DNA of 64,000 nt from the sequence record MK308675.1; one strand, given 5' to 3'. The position numbers and the translations under genes are program-made. The notes under the pieces are model-generated. The model saw only the letters and a program-made list of their open reading frames with translations, was not told where the DNA came from and searched no databases. Each line of letters opens with the position of its first letter. The stretch's first letter is position 1. Of this stretch, positions 1 to 9,000 are shown one piece after another.

Positions 1-288
1 CATACGGCTTAGGATTCGAGTTAGTTCTTCTTCCTGAACTGACATGCGGATAACGCCGTGCAGAACATCGTGTGCTTCTTTGTAACATTGCCAGAGAATA
101 TCTAGCTTTTCTTCGGGTAGAGTCGCTAACAGTTCATTCGTCGGACCGAATACTTCTTCAGTCGGAACTGTATTTAGCTTGCCCCAGACACTATAGCCCC
201 AAGTCAACTCTTCGCCTTTGTACGATGTACCTAAGCGCTTAGCTGTCTTTAAGGTTGTTATCTTAAGGACCGGTTTGTTTCCAGACAT
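1..288 (-). CDS. nvRNAP sigma-like subunit (phiKZ gp68-like), N-terminal 96 aa, truncated by window edge
   Basis: Not in the ORF track; translated by hand as MSGNKPVLKITTLKTAKRLGTSYKGEELTWGYSVWGKLNTVPTEEVFGPTNELLATLPEEKLDILWQCYKEAH. It resembles the recalled phiKZ gp68 N-terminus (HNGKRLTW...VFQEINDYWSGLSAEAQQHIWNCY), has a GGAG RBS, and is syntenic after the chmC-like gene. Confidence 0.75.
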   Translation of the reverse strand, partial: MSGNKPVLKITTLKTAKRLGTSYKGEELTWGYSVWGKLNTVPTEEVFGPTNELLATLPEEKLDILWQCYKEAHDVLHGVIRMSVQEEELTRILSRM

Positions 289-327
289 TGGGTTTCTCCA
301 TTTCAATTATGAGGTGGATGCCTATAG

Positions 328-346
328 GTAATATAGGTGACAGATT
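328..346 (-). promoter_or_regulatory. putative early promoter for the gp68-like gene
   Basis: AATCTGTCACCTATATTAC contains the phiKZ-type TATTAC motif. Confidence 0.65.
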
Positions 347-407
347 ATTTTGAATAGTCTTCCACTCCAGACTATACGGGCCCTCCGTAAATTTGAGCAA
401 TAAAGTT

Positions 408-432
408 AGATGCAGGAACAAGCCCTGCATCT
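408..432 (-). terminator. hairpin terminator after chmC
   Basis: AGATGCAGG/CCTGCATCT stem. Confidence 0.6.
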
Positions 433-439
433 TTATTTA

Positions 440-1123
440 TTACCAGCCAGTACTAGAGCCTGAAACTTCAGATTCGCTTTGCGGTTTAGACGCATACTTA
501 TCTTTGTTTCCGCCGTTACGTCCCTTAGGCTTAAAGTCAGGGTCGTAGTCGTGATAGAATACTTTCGAATATACATCCAGTACGCTATCTAAGAAGCCAC
601 GAGCAATTAAGTCAGATTGGTGAGCGATGTGTGTGGTCGTCTCGTCATCGTTAACTACGTTGTGCCAGCTATCGTCTTTAAATAGGAACGGTAATACCGG
701 ACGCTCTTTGTTTCGAATCTCGATAAACAAGTAACCTTCTGGGTTACGCCCATAGACAATGCGTGCCTGCTTGGCTCGCTTACCAGGGACCGTGTTTCCG
801 TCTTCATCTTTAAGGACGGTCAACGTCTCTAGGATGCGCGTGGTAGGCTCATGCTTACCTACTAAGCTCAACAGGTCATAGAAGATAGAACGCAGTCGAG
901 GATAACTCGTAGACGCTTTAATAGGCGTCTTATGTAAAGGTTTACCTGTAACCTTGTTTACCTTACCTTCTTCAGCTGGGTGCTCTGACCATACTACGAA
1001 CTGAGGATTACCAGCGTAGATGTCAAACTTCAGGGTAGGACCTTTCCAATCATCCGCAGTATATGGTTCACCGCGCAATACAAGTTTGTTGTGGTCCAGT
1101 GGGGTCTTTTTATATTCAGCCAT
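440..1123 (-). CDS. chmC: ChmC-like nuclear-shell-associated RNA-binding protein (phiKZ gp67 position)
   Basis: 227 aa, beta-rich core plus low-complexity C-tail (KPKGRNGGNKDKYASKPQSESEVSGSSTGW). It lies immediately upstream of the gp68-like gene, where ChmC sits in Chimalliviridae. Mainly a synteny call. Confidence 0.6.
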   Translation of the reverse strand: MAEYKKTPLDHNKLVLRGEPYTADDWKGPTLKFDIYAGNPQFVVWSEHPAEEGKVNKVTGKPLHKTPIKASTSYPRLRSIFYDLLSLVGKHEPTTRILETLTVLKDEDGNTVPGKRAKQARIVYGRNPEGYLFIEIRNKERPVLPFLFKDDSWHNVVNDDETTTHIAHQSDLIARGFLDSVLDVYSKVFYHDYDPDFKPKGRNGGNKDKYASKPQSESEVSGSSTGW

Positions 1124-1132
1124 TGTATTTTC

Positions 1133-1927
1133 CTACCATTGAGCCCGGGCCAGTTTAAGACAAAGTTCTCTGACATCTGCATCTACCAACTCACCTAGAT
1201 GCTCGCGCATTCGGGTTTGGGTAGTCGACGTATGCCACTTCTTCTCTAGTCCCAGGTCGATGACTCTGTTCTTCGCTTTCTGACTAGGGCACTTAAAGTG
1301 GTTAGACCCATCGCCGAAGAGCTGTAGTGTGAAGAGGTTAAACGGGAAGTGTTGTAAATCTTCTCGTTTGTTTAATTTACTAAACCATTTGGCCTGAGGT
1401 TTTATTTTGCCTGTGTGGCTTTCCAGTAACTCTAGTTTAGAGAACTTGAATCGGTTAAGTAAATCAAACGGAAACGACGTTATCATCCACGCAGTAGTCC
1501 CTACCGACGGCAGTTCTATATCTGACGTAATGAGCTTGTCGCCTAGCTGTTTAAAGACCACTTCCATCATTATCCGCTCTGCTGTTTCATATGCCTTAGC
1601 GTTCTCTGATTTGGCTTCGACTAGTGCAGCGTGAGGGTAGCGATTAGGTAGTGAGCGATAGGACAAATGGTAGAACTTAGGCGCGATGCCTTGGTTCGTA
1701 CATAGTCCCTCTATGTTCTCCAACTCTTCGAGGAAGTCTTTGAACATATGGACCACCGGAGGGCGGTCCGCGTTTTTCCAGCTGCCCCAGAAGTTTCGGA
1801 ATAACGTACGCACGTTCATCCAAAGGTCCTGGGGTTTGGGTCCGTCTCCAACAATGTGCATCTCGAAAGGTTGCGCTGTTGGTACTGAGAGCGGTAGCTG
1901 GTCGCCCAAGGAGCGCTTAACTATCAT
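1133..1927 (-). CDS. conserved Chimalliviridae protein (gp66 position), possible degenerate 5'-3' exonuclease/PIN-like fold
   Basis: 264 aa; DLWMNVRTLFRNFW motif; lies between sbcD and chmC; stop/start overlap with sbcD. Confidence 0.5.
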   Translation of the reverse strand: MIVKRSLGDQLPLSVPTAQPFEMHIVGDGPKPQDLWMNVRTLFRNFWGSWKNADRPPVVHMFKDFLEELENIEGLCTNQGIAPKFYHLSYRSLPNRYPHAALVEAKSENAKAYETAERIMMEVVFKQLGDKLITSDIELPSVGTTAWMITSFPFDLLNRFKFSKLELLESHTGKIKPQAKWFSKLNKREDLQHFPFNLFTLQLFGDGSNHFKCPSQKAKNRVIDLGLEKKWHTSTTQTRMREHLGELVDADVRELCLKLARAQW

Positions 1928-3147
1928 TATGCTGCCTCCAAGATTTCGTCAAGATAGACTAGGGTTACTTCAATCTCTTCTTCCGATATCCCTTGCATTC
2001 TCATCTCTTCCGCCAAGAGCTCATCTGCGTTGTCCTTAGTCATGGTGACCTGGTTGGTGGACATTGCAAAAGACTCCATGACACTAGCACGAGGAACGTC
2101 ATCACGCTCTACTTGCTTGTCCCAGACGATGTTAGGATACTTGTCGGAGAAATATTGCATTACTCCTTCGGAATACAGAGACTCCGATATAAGAAGACGA
2201 ATGAATCGGCGTTCTTCAGGATGACAATGTTCTTCCACAACTTCCATTGTGCGTTCGAAGGTATGTTGGGTTACATCCAGTGTTACCATGTAAGTCGCTT
2301 CTTCGTTCTCGTAGAAATGAACCTTGTCATGTTCTATACCGAGCGGAGAGACTTCAATGACGAAAAGACCTTTCTGTTCTTCTTCGCCTTGCTTTAATCT
2401 ATCCCAAGAGCCGTTCGTTATGAAGCGCTTCTTATAAATAGACTTGGTATGGATGTGTCCGTTGTTTACATAACGGTCGACTATACTTAAGTACGCATCA
2501 GGGTCATGGGCAGTAATGTCTAGACCTTGCTTTACATGGTGCTTGTACATTCCATGAGTTACGGCAAAGTCTACAGACTCTAAGCCTTCCTGAGCGAGAC
2601 GTTCTCTCACCATTTCCCAAACAGAATCAGGGTCACTGATTTCATCCGGTACATAGAGCCATGTGGAGCCGTCTTCTTCAGTGATGATGTCGATAGTTTC
2701 TACATAGCGTAGGTCCGTACGTTTATCTGCAACCATGTGATTGTTTAGTGTAACGAACTGAGAGGACTGCTTACGGTCATGTGATGGCGTGCCCTCCAAT
2801 ACTCGCAATTTAACATTGTTTTCTTGGCAGAAAGTAAGTAACATGCTGATAAACAATTGGGCATCGCCTACGTCTGCTTCCGGCAGTAACTGCGCCGCAT
2901 CAAAGAGGTCACCCGCGATAACTAAGTAGTCAAGCTCATGTACCTTAATGAGTTTGAAAAGCTTACGCAGGAGACGGCTTGAGATGTCTGCGGTCTTTAC
3001 TCGACGATGTAACAAATGGATGTCGGATACAAAGAGTATCTTAAGGCCAGTCGTCGTCCACAAATGTTTCGTGCCCATTTTGTTGCCCTTGAGTTTCTTG
3101 TTTCTGTTCTTCACCGTCAACGCGGTCATAACCGTAACGCTGGGCAA
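1927..3147 (-). CDS. sbcD: SbcD/Mre11-like metallophosphoesterase nuclease
   Basis: Calcineurin-like motifs SDIH, AGDLFD, GTPSHD, THG and GHIH. The true start is probably MGTKHLW. Confidence 0.9.
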   Translation of the reverse strand: MPSVTVMTALTVKNRNKKLKGNKMGTKHLWTTTGLKILFVSDIHLLHRRVKTADISSRLLRKLFKLIKVHELDYLVIAGDLFDAAQLLPEADVGDAQLFISMLLTFCQENNVKLRVLEGTPSHDRKQSSQFVTLNNHMVADKRTDLRYVETIDIITEEDGSTWLYVPDEISDPDSVWEMVRERLAQEGLESVDFAVTHGMYKHHVKQGLDITAHDPDAYLSIVDRYVNNGHIHTKSIYKKRFITNGSWDRLKQGEEEQKGLFVIEVSPLGIEHDKVHFYENEEATYMVTLDVTQHTFERTMEVVEEHCHPEERRFIRLLISESLYSEGVMQYFSDKYPNIVWDKQVERDDVPRASVMESFAMSTNQVTMTKDNADELLAEEMRMQGISEEEIEVTLVYLDEILEAA

Positions 3148-3532
3148 TCTCTGCCCACGCTTCTAAGTCTGCATCGCTCTCGTCCACCTGTTCAAAACGA
3201 CCACCCAGCTCTTGCTGAATGTAGTTCATGGTGGTCTTAGGCGGATAAGCCTTAGAGACTCGGTCAATGTTTGCGAAGACTGCGTTAAAGTTTCCACCTA
3301 CTTGGGTTTCGGCAGAACGACGTAAAGCCGGTACGCGGAACAACTCGATGGTCTCATCTTCATCGTCTACGACACGAACCTGACTAAAAGGGTTTACTGC
3401 GATTTGGTCTATCCATCTCTGGCAGACTGCTTCGTCTCCTTCCACAAACCCAGGAAGGAAGATATCACGGAATGCCGTTTCGCGAATCCAAGGGAGGGCT
3501 TCAGCAGGCACTCGAAAGACAGAATCTGTCAT
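3041..3532 (-). CDS. conserved phiKZ-like hypothetical protein
   Basis: 163 aa in the core operon; overlapping start/stop; acidic tail ending DDDWP. Confidence 0.6.
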   Translation of the reverse strand: MTDSVFRVPAEALPWIRETAFRDIFLPGFVEGDEAVCQRWIDQIAVNPFSQVRVVDDEDETIELFRVPALRRSAETQVGGNFNAVFANIDRVSKAYPPKTTMNYIQQELGGRFEQVDESDADLEAWAEIAQRYGYDRVDGEEQKQETQGQQNGHETFVDDDWP

Positions 3533-3927
3533 CGGTTAATCTCCTCTATAAGGGCAACAGCCGTTGAGGTCGGGTCTACTGAAAGAACGCGACCTAGGCT
3601 ATAGATGTTGTTACCTGACCAGGCACGGACATCTATATTGATGTTGTAAGTAGCGGCATCAACGTCTTCAGAAGTAATGCTAACTTCAGCACGGTCAAAG
3701 ACTCTCTCTATATAAGAGGTCAGTGCTTGAGCGAGTTCGGAGACGAGAACTGTAGGGTTCTTTTGATTTACCGCAACTATCTTTTGAATCGACACGATGT
3801 ATTCCGGGAACAGATTACTGTCGTTGTGGCGAATTTCAAAAGCATTAGCGAACATAAGAGAAAGCATCTCTTTTGGTTCAGTAACATATCCTCCGCCGCC
3901 GAGGTGAGGAATACACTTCTTGGTCAT
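3529..3927 (-). CDS. conserved phiKZ-like hypothetical protein (possible gp25/gpW-like wedge fold)
   Basis: 132 aa with RBS; helix followed by a beta-hairpin pattern (AEVSIT...YNINIDV). Confidence 0.5.
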   Translation of the reverse strand: MTKKCIPHLGGGGYVTEPKEMLSLMFANAFEIRHNDSNLFPEYIVSIQKIVAVNQKNPTVLVSELAQALTSYIERVFDRAEVSITSEDVDAATYNINIDVRAWSGNNIYSLGRVLSVDPTSTAVALIEEINR

Positions 3928-4006
3928 CTTAGACTCCTAAAAAGAAAAAAGCGTTAAGTTTGATAAAAGGAACCCAGGCCAGGTTCCTTCTATCTGATTT
4001 CTCGCC

Positions 4007-4636
4007 TTAGCCGATTAGCTCATTATACTGCGACGTTGGGTCGAGTAGTGAATCTTTAAGGAAGTGAGTGACAGTGTTGTAGGTATGGGCTACCGCTATC
4101 TTGTCGTTAAACGTAGGAGCGTAATCCATTTCCGCTGCTTCTACTGTGGTACGAGAAACAAGAATTTCGTTATCATCCTCATCGTACTCTTCCATCAGAA
4201 TACCGTTGGTGATTGTACGGTACTCGAAGCTACGGCCGAATGCTAGCGTTGGGGATGGGTTCACGTAAGCACCATCATAACCGTCAATGCGACCTTCGCG
4301 ATAAAGCTTGTTCAGCGCAGGATGTGCCATTACATAATGACGCATGCCTTCCGGACAGTGCTGTAGGTCTTCCATTGTTTCTAAGCGACAGATATCTGCC
4401 TCTTGCTTAAAGTGTTGGTTAACCATACCGCGAACTTGGTTAATGCGACGAGCGAACTCACCTGTTGTGAATTCTTGGTAACGCTGCTGTACTCGCTCTG
4501 CGATAGAAGCAGCATAACCTTGCGTCGATTGCACGAAGTTATGTACGTTCTCACGGATTTTATTTTGGAGTGCTTGCGATGGTCTGCCGAACAGACTTTG
4601 CATAGCTACGTCAGTATCCGCATAAATAGTTTGCAT
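4007..4636 (-). CDS. conserved phiKZ-like hypothetical protein
   Basis: 209 aa with GGGAG RBS, bounded by hairpins; MAHPAL...GRIDGY motif. Confidence 0.6.
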   Translation of the reverse strand: MQTIYADTDVAMQSLFGRPSQALQNKIRENVHNFVQSTQGYAASIAERVQQRYQEFTTGEFARRINQVRGMVNQHFKQEADICRLETMEDLQHCPEGMRHYVMAHPALNKLYREGRIDGYDGAYVNPSPTLAFGRSFEYRTITNGILMEEYDEDDNEILVSRTTVEAAEMDYAPTFNDKIAVAHTYNTVTHFLKDSLLDPTSQYNELIG

Positions 4637-4759
4637 TGTATTTTCTCCCGTCTTACTCAGACTATAAGGTGGTTCAGTTAAAAGCCACCCTTTAGTAAGG
4701 CGACGTATGTTAAAGTTCGCAAAGGTTATATAGGTCAGACTTTCGCCTGACCTATGTGC

Positions 4760-5935
4760 TTACTTTTTCTTTTTCTTAGACTTTGGAGCAGGGTGGTAAC
4801 TATCGACTATCTTCCGGAACTGGCTTATCTGGGCGTCACTCACCACATAGACGGGATGAATGCCTTTTACAGGTACGCGCATTTTCTTGAGATAGTCTAA
4901 GTCTTCCAGGAGTTCATCTGCGACGCCAATGTCATTACTTAGCTCATAGATGGCCTGGGAGAAAGCAGGTAGGTCTAAGTCCACCTCCAATTCTTCCACT
5001 AGGTCATGAATGGATTCGCAGTATTCCGGCTTAAGCGGGCGACCGTCCTCATCTGTGGTCACATAATGGTAAGGTCCCGTGGCGAAGCCTCCGACAAAAG
5101 TCTCGCCGCGCCAGACACAGATGCGGCCATCCGAAATGGTTTCGGTAAGGTCATCGTTGCCTAAACTTAGTTCCAACAAAGGGGACTGTATTAGCTTCTT
5201 AGATGCAGGGGCACCTATACCTTCGAACATCTTATTGATGAGGCTTTCCATATGGTTAACCTTTTCTAAGATTGCCGAATTGTCGTAGACTGTCTGTAGC
5301 TTAGGCCGGTGTAAGTCAGGCCTCTCCACATCTTCGTCCTTTTTAAAGGCGAAGTCACAAAGATTCCAATCGCCTCTAGGAGCCGATAGTTCTAACCTAC
5401 GATAGTCGCGCTGTTCTTCATAAGGTTTAGAGCGAGCAATGAGTTCCTGCACATTTACCGTATGCAACTCATGTGTTGGCACATGATAGTGAACCCCTGC
5501 CAATTGCCCATCTTCACTGACGAAGATAAGTTCTCGAGACTGGACGTCATAAACTCGACCCGTGTTGGCGCTTACGGCTAGGTTAGGGTACCCTGCAACA
5601 GCAACCGACTGAATCTCTTTATTCTTGTCGAACGGGTCAGGGAAAGATAAACCAGGTAGCTCCACGAAGTCCCTGTAGATGAACGACACATTGCCGGCAT
5701 CCACCGGGACGAAGTCTAGCTGTTGTGGCCGGATAATGAAACGACCGTAGTTATCAAAGTAGAAAACCTTTAGCCACTCTGGCGTGATGGTAATCTTCAA
5801 TGGGGCCACAGTGTAGCCTTTGATTTCCAGTTCAAATGGTAACGGTACTGATTTACCATGGAGACAATCATAGAGCTCGTATTCGTCGGCCGAATAGCGA
5901 TTGTCCGTAAACGGAATAACTTTAGGCAGGCACAT
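4760..5935 (-). CDS. degenerate NUMOD4/HNH-family-like protein without an HNH catalytic motif
   Basis: The segment FPDPFDKNKEIQSVAVAGYPNLAVSANTGRVYD aligns by eye to the intron HNH segment FTKPLPLRKNPNYFRIPGCTKYGLSKEGLLLN. The basic tail is KSKKKK. Confidence 0.5.
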   Translation of the reverse strand: MCLPKVIPFTDNRYSADEYELYDCLHGKSVPLPFELEIKGYTVAPLKITITPEWLKVFYFDNYGRFIIRPQQLDFVPVDAGNVSFIYRDFVELPGLSFPDPFDKNKEIQSVAVAGYPNLAVSANTGRVYDVQSRELIFVSEDGQLAGVHYHVPTHELHTVNVQELIARSKPYEEQRDYRRLELSAPRGDWNLCDFAFKKDEDVERPDLHRPKLQTVYDNSAILEKVNHMESLINKMFEGIGAPASKKLIQSPLLELSLGNDDLTETISDGRICVWRGETFVGGFATGPYHYVTTDEDGRPLKPEYCESIHDLVEELEVDLDLPAFSQAIYELSNDIGVADELLEDLDYLKKMRVPVKGIHPVYVVSDAQISQFRKIVDSYHPAPKSKKKKK

Positions 5936-6389
5936 CTTTATACCTCTTAAAACTGTTGTGAAAGTAAATGTTATCAGGGACCTCTATAAAAGAAGTAAAG
6001 CCCTTCCATAACTCCAAAGGGGAATAACCATTGAGTCCATGACCGTCCGCTTTCTGGACGACAATGAACATTTTATCCGGATGTTCTCTAGCGCACTCGT
6101 AGAGCTCGACTATGTTCTCGCGGATTTGGTCCAAGCCCACTGAGCAAGGACCTTCTGTGGGATAGCGTATCTCTCTACCATCCGGTAGCTTCTCTACGAA
6201 GCCAGCTTTGAGGTTCTTGGTTACCAAGGCGTAGGTCTGACCCATAAGTCCCCGGCCTACTCCGTACTTGGCTCCATACCTTAAGGCTAACTTCGCAGCT
6301 CCCAAGCCATGGCGCCCCTCGGGGTTTGAACCGTAGACGAAGACCATGTTCGGTTTCAGTTTGGTAATGGTACCGTTCCACCATTTCAT
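5922..6389 (-). CDS. A1S_2505-family (macro-domain-like) phage protein
   Basis: VFVYGSNPEGRHGLGAA and GRGLMGQTYALVTK match the family consensus. Confidence 0.75.
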   Translation of the reverse strand: MKWWNGTITKLKPNMVFVYGSNPEGRHGLGAAKLALRYGAKYGVGRGLMGQTYALVTKNLKAGFVEKLPDGREIRYPTEGPCSVGLDQIRENIVELYECAREHPDKMFIVVQKADGHGLNGYSPLELWKGFTSFIEVPDNIYFHNSFKRYKDVPA

Positions 6390-6398
6390 GGACCCTCC

Positions 6399-6932
6399 TT
6401 ATTTGCGCTTAATGAGACCTTTCTCTTCTAACACCTTAAAGAACTTCTTCTGGTTATCGTTGGCTTCGCGGTTAGGGGAAGTGCCGATATAGCTATAGTA
6501 AGGATGCGGACATACCGTGCGTCCTGTACTGAAGAAGCGGCGCATCTCTTTTTCAATCTCCTGGTGGTTATTGTTCTTGACATGCATCATTGTTCCGCGA
6601 TAACCGGCGAGTTTAAGATGGCGATTAAACAAAGTCCACGCTACGTAAGTCGGAGCTCCATTGGCCATTTGGTTAAGGGTTTTACGGTTGACCGGCGTCT
6701 TATAGTCAACCATGTTGCGCATGCGTACTTGAAGAGGCTTACCTGTGGTCATGTGTAAAATAAGGCCTTTCAAAATCTTATCTTGGAGTTCTTCACTATA
6801 ATGTTGGCGCTTGACTAGCTCAATCATTCGATGATAGTATGCGACGTCCTTATTGTAGATATAATCTGCATAAGGGGTTGGGTTTACTTTATCGTGGTTT
6901 GACTTAGGCATTGTTCTGTCCTCTATGTTCAA
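6399..6932 (-). CDS. hypothetical basic protein
   Basis: 177-aa ORF with RBS, co-oriented with its neighbours. Confidence 0.55.
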   Translation of the reverse strand: MNIEDRTMPKSNHDKVNPTPYADYIYNKDVAYYHRMIELVKRQHYSEELQDKILKGLILHMTTGKPLQVRMRNMVDYKTPVNRKTLNQMANGAPTYVAWTLFNRHLKLAGYRGTMMHVKNNNHQEIEKEMRRFFSTGRTVCPHPYYSYIGTSPNREANDNQKKFFKVLEEKGLIKRK

Positions 6933-6957
6933 AAAATAAAAAATATGGTTTAGTGGA

Positions 6958-6982
6958 GAGTAGCCCTCGAAAGGGCTAACTC
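6958..6982 (-). terminator. hairpin terminator
   Basis: TAGCCCT/AGGGCTA stem with a spaced A-tract near 6931. Confidence 0.6.
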
Positions 6983-7336
6983 TTATTTTGCAAAGTATTC
7001 AAATTCGATTGTCTTAACGCCAGAGTGGCCTTCAATGCCACGCTCGAACTTCCATGGTTGGCTGTGTTCCTCTTCAATATGAGGCTCAGAGATGCGGATA
7101 TAGAAGCGACCTTTGGCGTCACGCGCTTCAAGCATTGCTTCCATATAAGCGATTGCGGTACGCTTAGTCTCAGGCTCAATCAGAATGATTGGAGTACCAA
7201 TAGGTAGTTGACGATGTTCCATAGTTAAGCGGTACTTTTCAGCAACACGCAGGATGATTGTTTCGTCGAACGAACGCTTACCTACTTCGTCTGCTTGAAC
7301 TTGCGGAATGCGAATAACTAGACCTGTTACTTTCAT
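6983..7336 (-). CDS. hypothetical protein
   Basis: 117 aa with GAGG RBS, downstream of the early promoter motif at 7387. Confidence 0.6.
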   Translation of the reverse strand: MKVTGLVIRIPQVQADEVGKRSFDETIILRVAEKYRLTMEHRQLPIGTPIILIEPETKRTAIAYMEAMLEARDAKGRFYIRISEPHIEEEHSQPWKFERGIEGHSGVKTIEFEYFAK

Positions 7337-7386
7337 GGGTAAATCCTCATTTTAGTTGAGTACATTATTGTACAATTGCATTAAGA

Positions 7387-7400
7387 CAATATAGGTTTTA
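7387..7400 (-). promoter_or_regulatory. putative early promoter
   Basis: TAAAACCTATATTG. Confidence 0.6.
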
Positions 7401-7411
7401 CTTTTGACTGG

Positions 7412-8002
7412 TTATTCTTCTTCCACAATGTCCCAAAAGAACTTTCTGTCTAAGAACGGTGTAAGAAAAACACTTACGACCGGATAACGGTAGTTCTCAA
7501 TTAGTTTAGTTTCTGGATGCTCTAGGTCGTCAAAGTCATAGTTCATGACTCTAGACCGTACGTTTAGTCCTCGCCATATATGGAGGACAAAGAAGAAGAA
7601 GAACGCATAGGTGCCCCAGATGCTGTTGTCGGCATTTGGCGGTGCGGCCGTCCCAGCCGTGCCATAGAAGCCTAGTCCCATTAAGTACGGCGTAGTGAAA
7701 TCTCTCACTTCGCCTATTTGGTAATAGTGGTACCCGGTGCGACCTACCGATACTGATTGTACGCCGAATCGAGTCTCTACTATCACATAATAATGGCAGC
7801 TACGACGAGTACACTCCTGGCCCTTATATGTAATTTTGCCGTACGTAGGGACACGAGATACCTGATAGGCATCGACCTGGACGGAGACATAAAACGCAAA
7901 GAGACACCACGCAATAACCCAGGTAACCGGGCGGTGCCAAAGAAAGCGTTTCTCTTTATTATAGATTCTAGTCTTCATCTTCATCGTCCTCAAAGTAGTC
8001 AC
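7412..8002 (-). CDS. membrane protein with two hydrophobic segments
   Basis: Hydrophobic stretches VTWVIAWCLFAFYVSV and IWGTYAFFFFFVLHIW. Confidence 0.6.
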   Translation of the reverse strand: MTTLRTMKMKTRIYNKEKRFLWHRPVTWVIAWCLFAFYVSVQVDAYQVSRVPTYGKITYKGQECTRRSCHYYVIVETRFGVQSVSVGRTGYHYYQIGEVRDFTTPYLMGLGFYGTAGTAAPPNADNSIWGTYAFFFFFVLHIWRGLNVRSRVMNYDFDDLEHPETKLIENYRYPVVSVFLTPFLDRKFFWDIVEEE

Positions 8003-8162
8003 TATACGGAACGACGTCTAAAGAAAAGCCAGGGAGCGACTGAGGAACATGGACCTCTAGTCCTTTACACCATCCTTTCATGAGGTCGGTGACCGGAGTA
8101 GAGTTTACCGGCTCAGTAATCTGGATACTCATATGTAACCTCGGTAGGTAGTATGCCGTCAC
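7968..8162 (-). CDS. small protein with acidic tail
   Basis: Likely start MSIQITEPV; ends YFEDDEDED. Confidence 0.45.
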   Translation of the reverse strand: MTAYYLPRLHMSIQITEPVNSTPVTDLMKGWCKGLEVHVPQSLPGFSLDVVPYSDYFEDDEDED

Positions 8163-8379
8163 GCATGCGTGAGGCGGTTATTAAAAGAAGAGTCGTATTG
8201 AGACCAATCATGTCTCCGGAGATTTTAGCCCATAGTGGGTTGTTCGTTTGAACGTCCCACTTGAGCATGTTAAGATGCATCTCCCAAAGTTCCATTTCTT
8301 TCTCTGTGACTCTCGTTGTTAAAGCAGTGCGGCGAATCGACCGGTACTTTAAAGGCGGTACGTTAAAGAGATGCTTCAT
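8113..8379 (-). CDS. hypothetical protein
   Basis: 88 aa, co-oriented, overlaps the next gene. Confidence 0.5.
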   Translation of the reverse strand: MKHLFNVPPLKYRSIRRTALTTRVTEKEMELWEMHLNMLKWDVQTNNPLWAKISGDMIGLNTTLLLITASRMRDGILPTEVTYEYPDY

Positions 8380-8445
8380 AGTTTCGTCTCGCTAAAAATA
8401 CAATAAGGAAAGGCAAAGGACCGAGCGGTCCTTTGCTTATAACGT

Positions 8446-9000
8446 CTACGGGCGTTTGTTCGGGTCGTACATGTGGTAGTCTAGGTCGTACGCCTTAGGC
8501 ATAGTCTCGATTTGTTCACCGTCTAGCTTCACAACTAGGTCTTCCATGTGCACTACGATGTTGCCTTCAATCTCAGAGAAAACACCGCGGAGCTTAAAGC
8601 TTGCAGTGACAGCTTTACCTTCGACGATTGCTTCCGAAGATAGACTATGTTTCGCTTCCAGCGAATGGCAGCGCGGTGCCTCAGAGGAAGGGGAGAACTT
8701 GAAGTTTAACTCTTTTGGTAATTGAAAGCCGATTGAGTCGAACCCGGGCAGGTTCGCTTCAAAGTAAACGCCTGTCACAAAGATGTCAGGAGAAACATAG
8801 CCCATATCGAAACTTGGTTGGCCTCGGTCTGAAAGACTCAAAAGGTCTAAGCGTCGACCGAACAGGATGGGCGCCGTTTGGAACTGCTCTTCGTCGCTAA
8901 CCTTTACGGTTTTAAGGCAAGAGGCGAATAGGTGGTCTTTATTGCGGTCGTTTAAAACGGGATACAGTTGCATTTCTTTGTCCTCAAAGTCGATTAACAT
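8446..9000 (-). CDS. free-standing protein resembling an internal domain of the phiKZ-type major capsid protein
   Basis: TAPILFGRRLDLLSLS and PKAYDLDYHMYDPNKR resemble the recalled gp120-type MCP segments TAPL..GK..DLL.LS and IIGYDL.AYRTN.NRR. Confidence 0.5.
   Translation of the reverse strand: MLIDFEDKEMQLYPVLNDRNKDHLFASCLKTVKVSDEEQFQTAPILFGRRLDLLSLSDRGQPSFDMGYVSPDIFVTGVYFEANLPGFDSIGFQLPKELNFKFSPSSEAPRCHSLEAKHSLSSEAIVEGKAVTASFKLRGVFSEIEGNIVVHMEDLVVKLDGEQIETMPKAYDLDYHMYDPNKRP

Noticed and set aside
4730-4755. Shared ACTTTCGC-loop hairpins at 4730 and 18843 as a repeat family
   Set aside because: The stems differ; they are best read as ordinary GAAA-tetraloop terminators on the minus strand.
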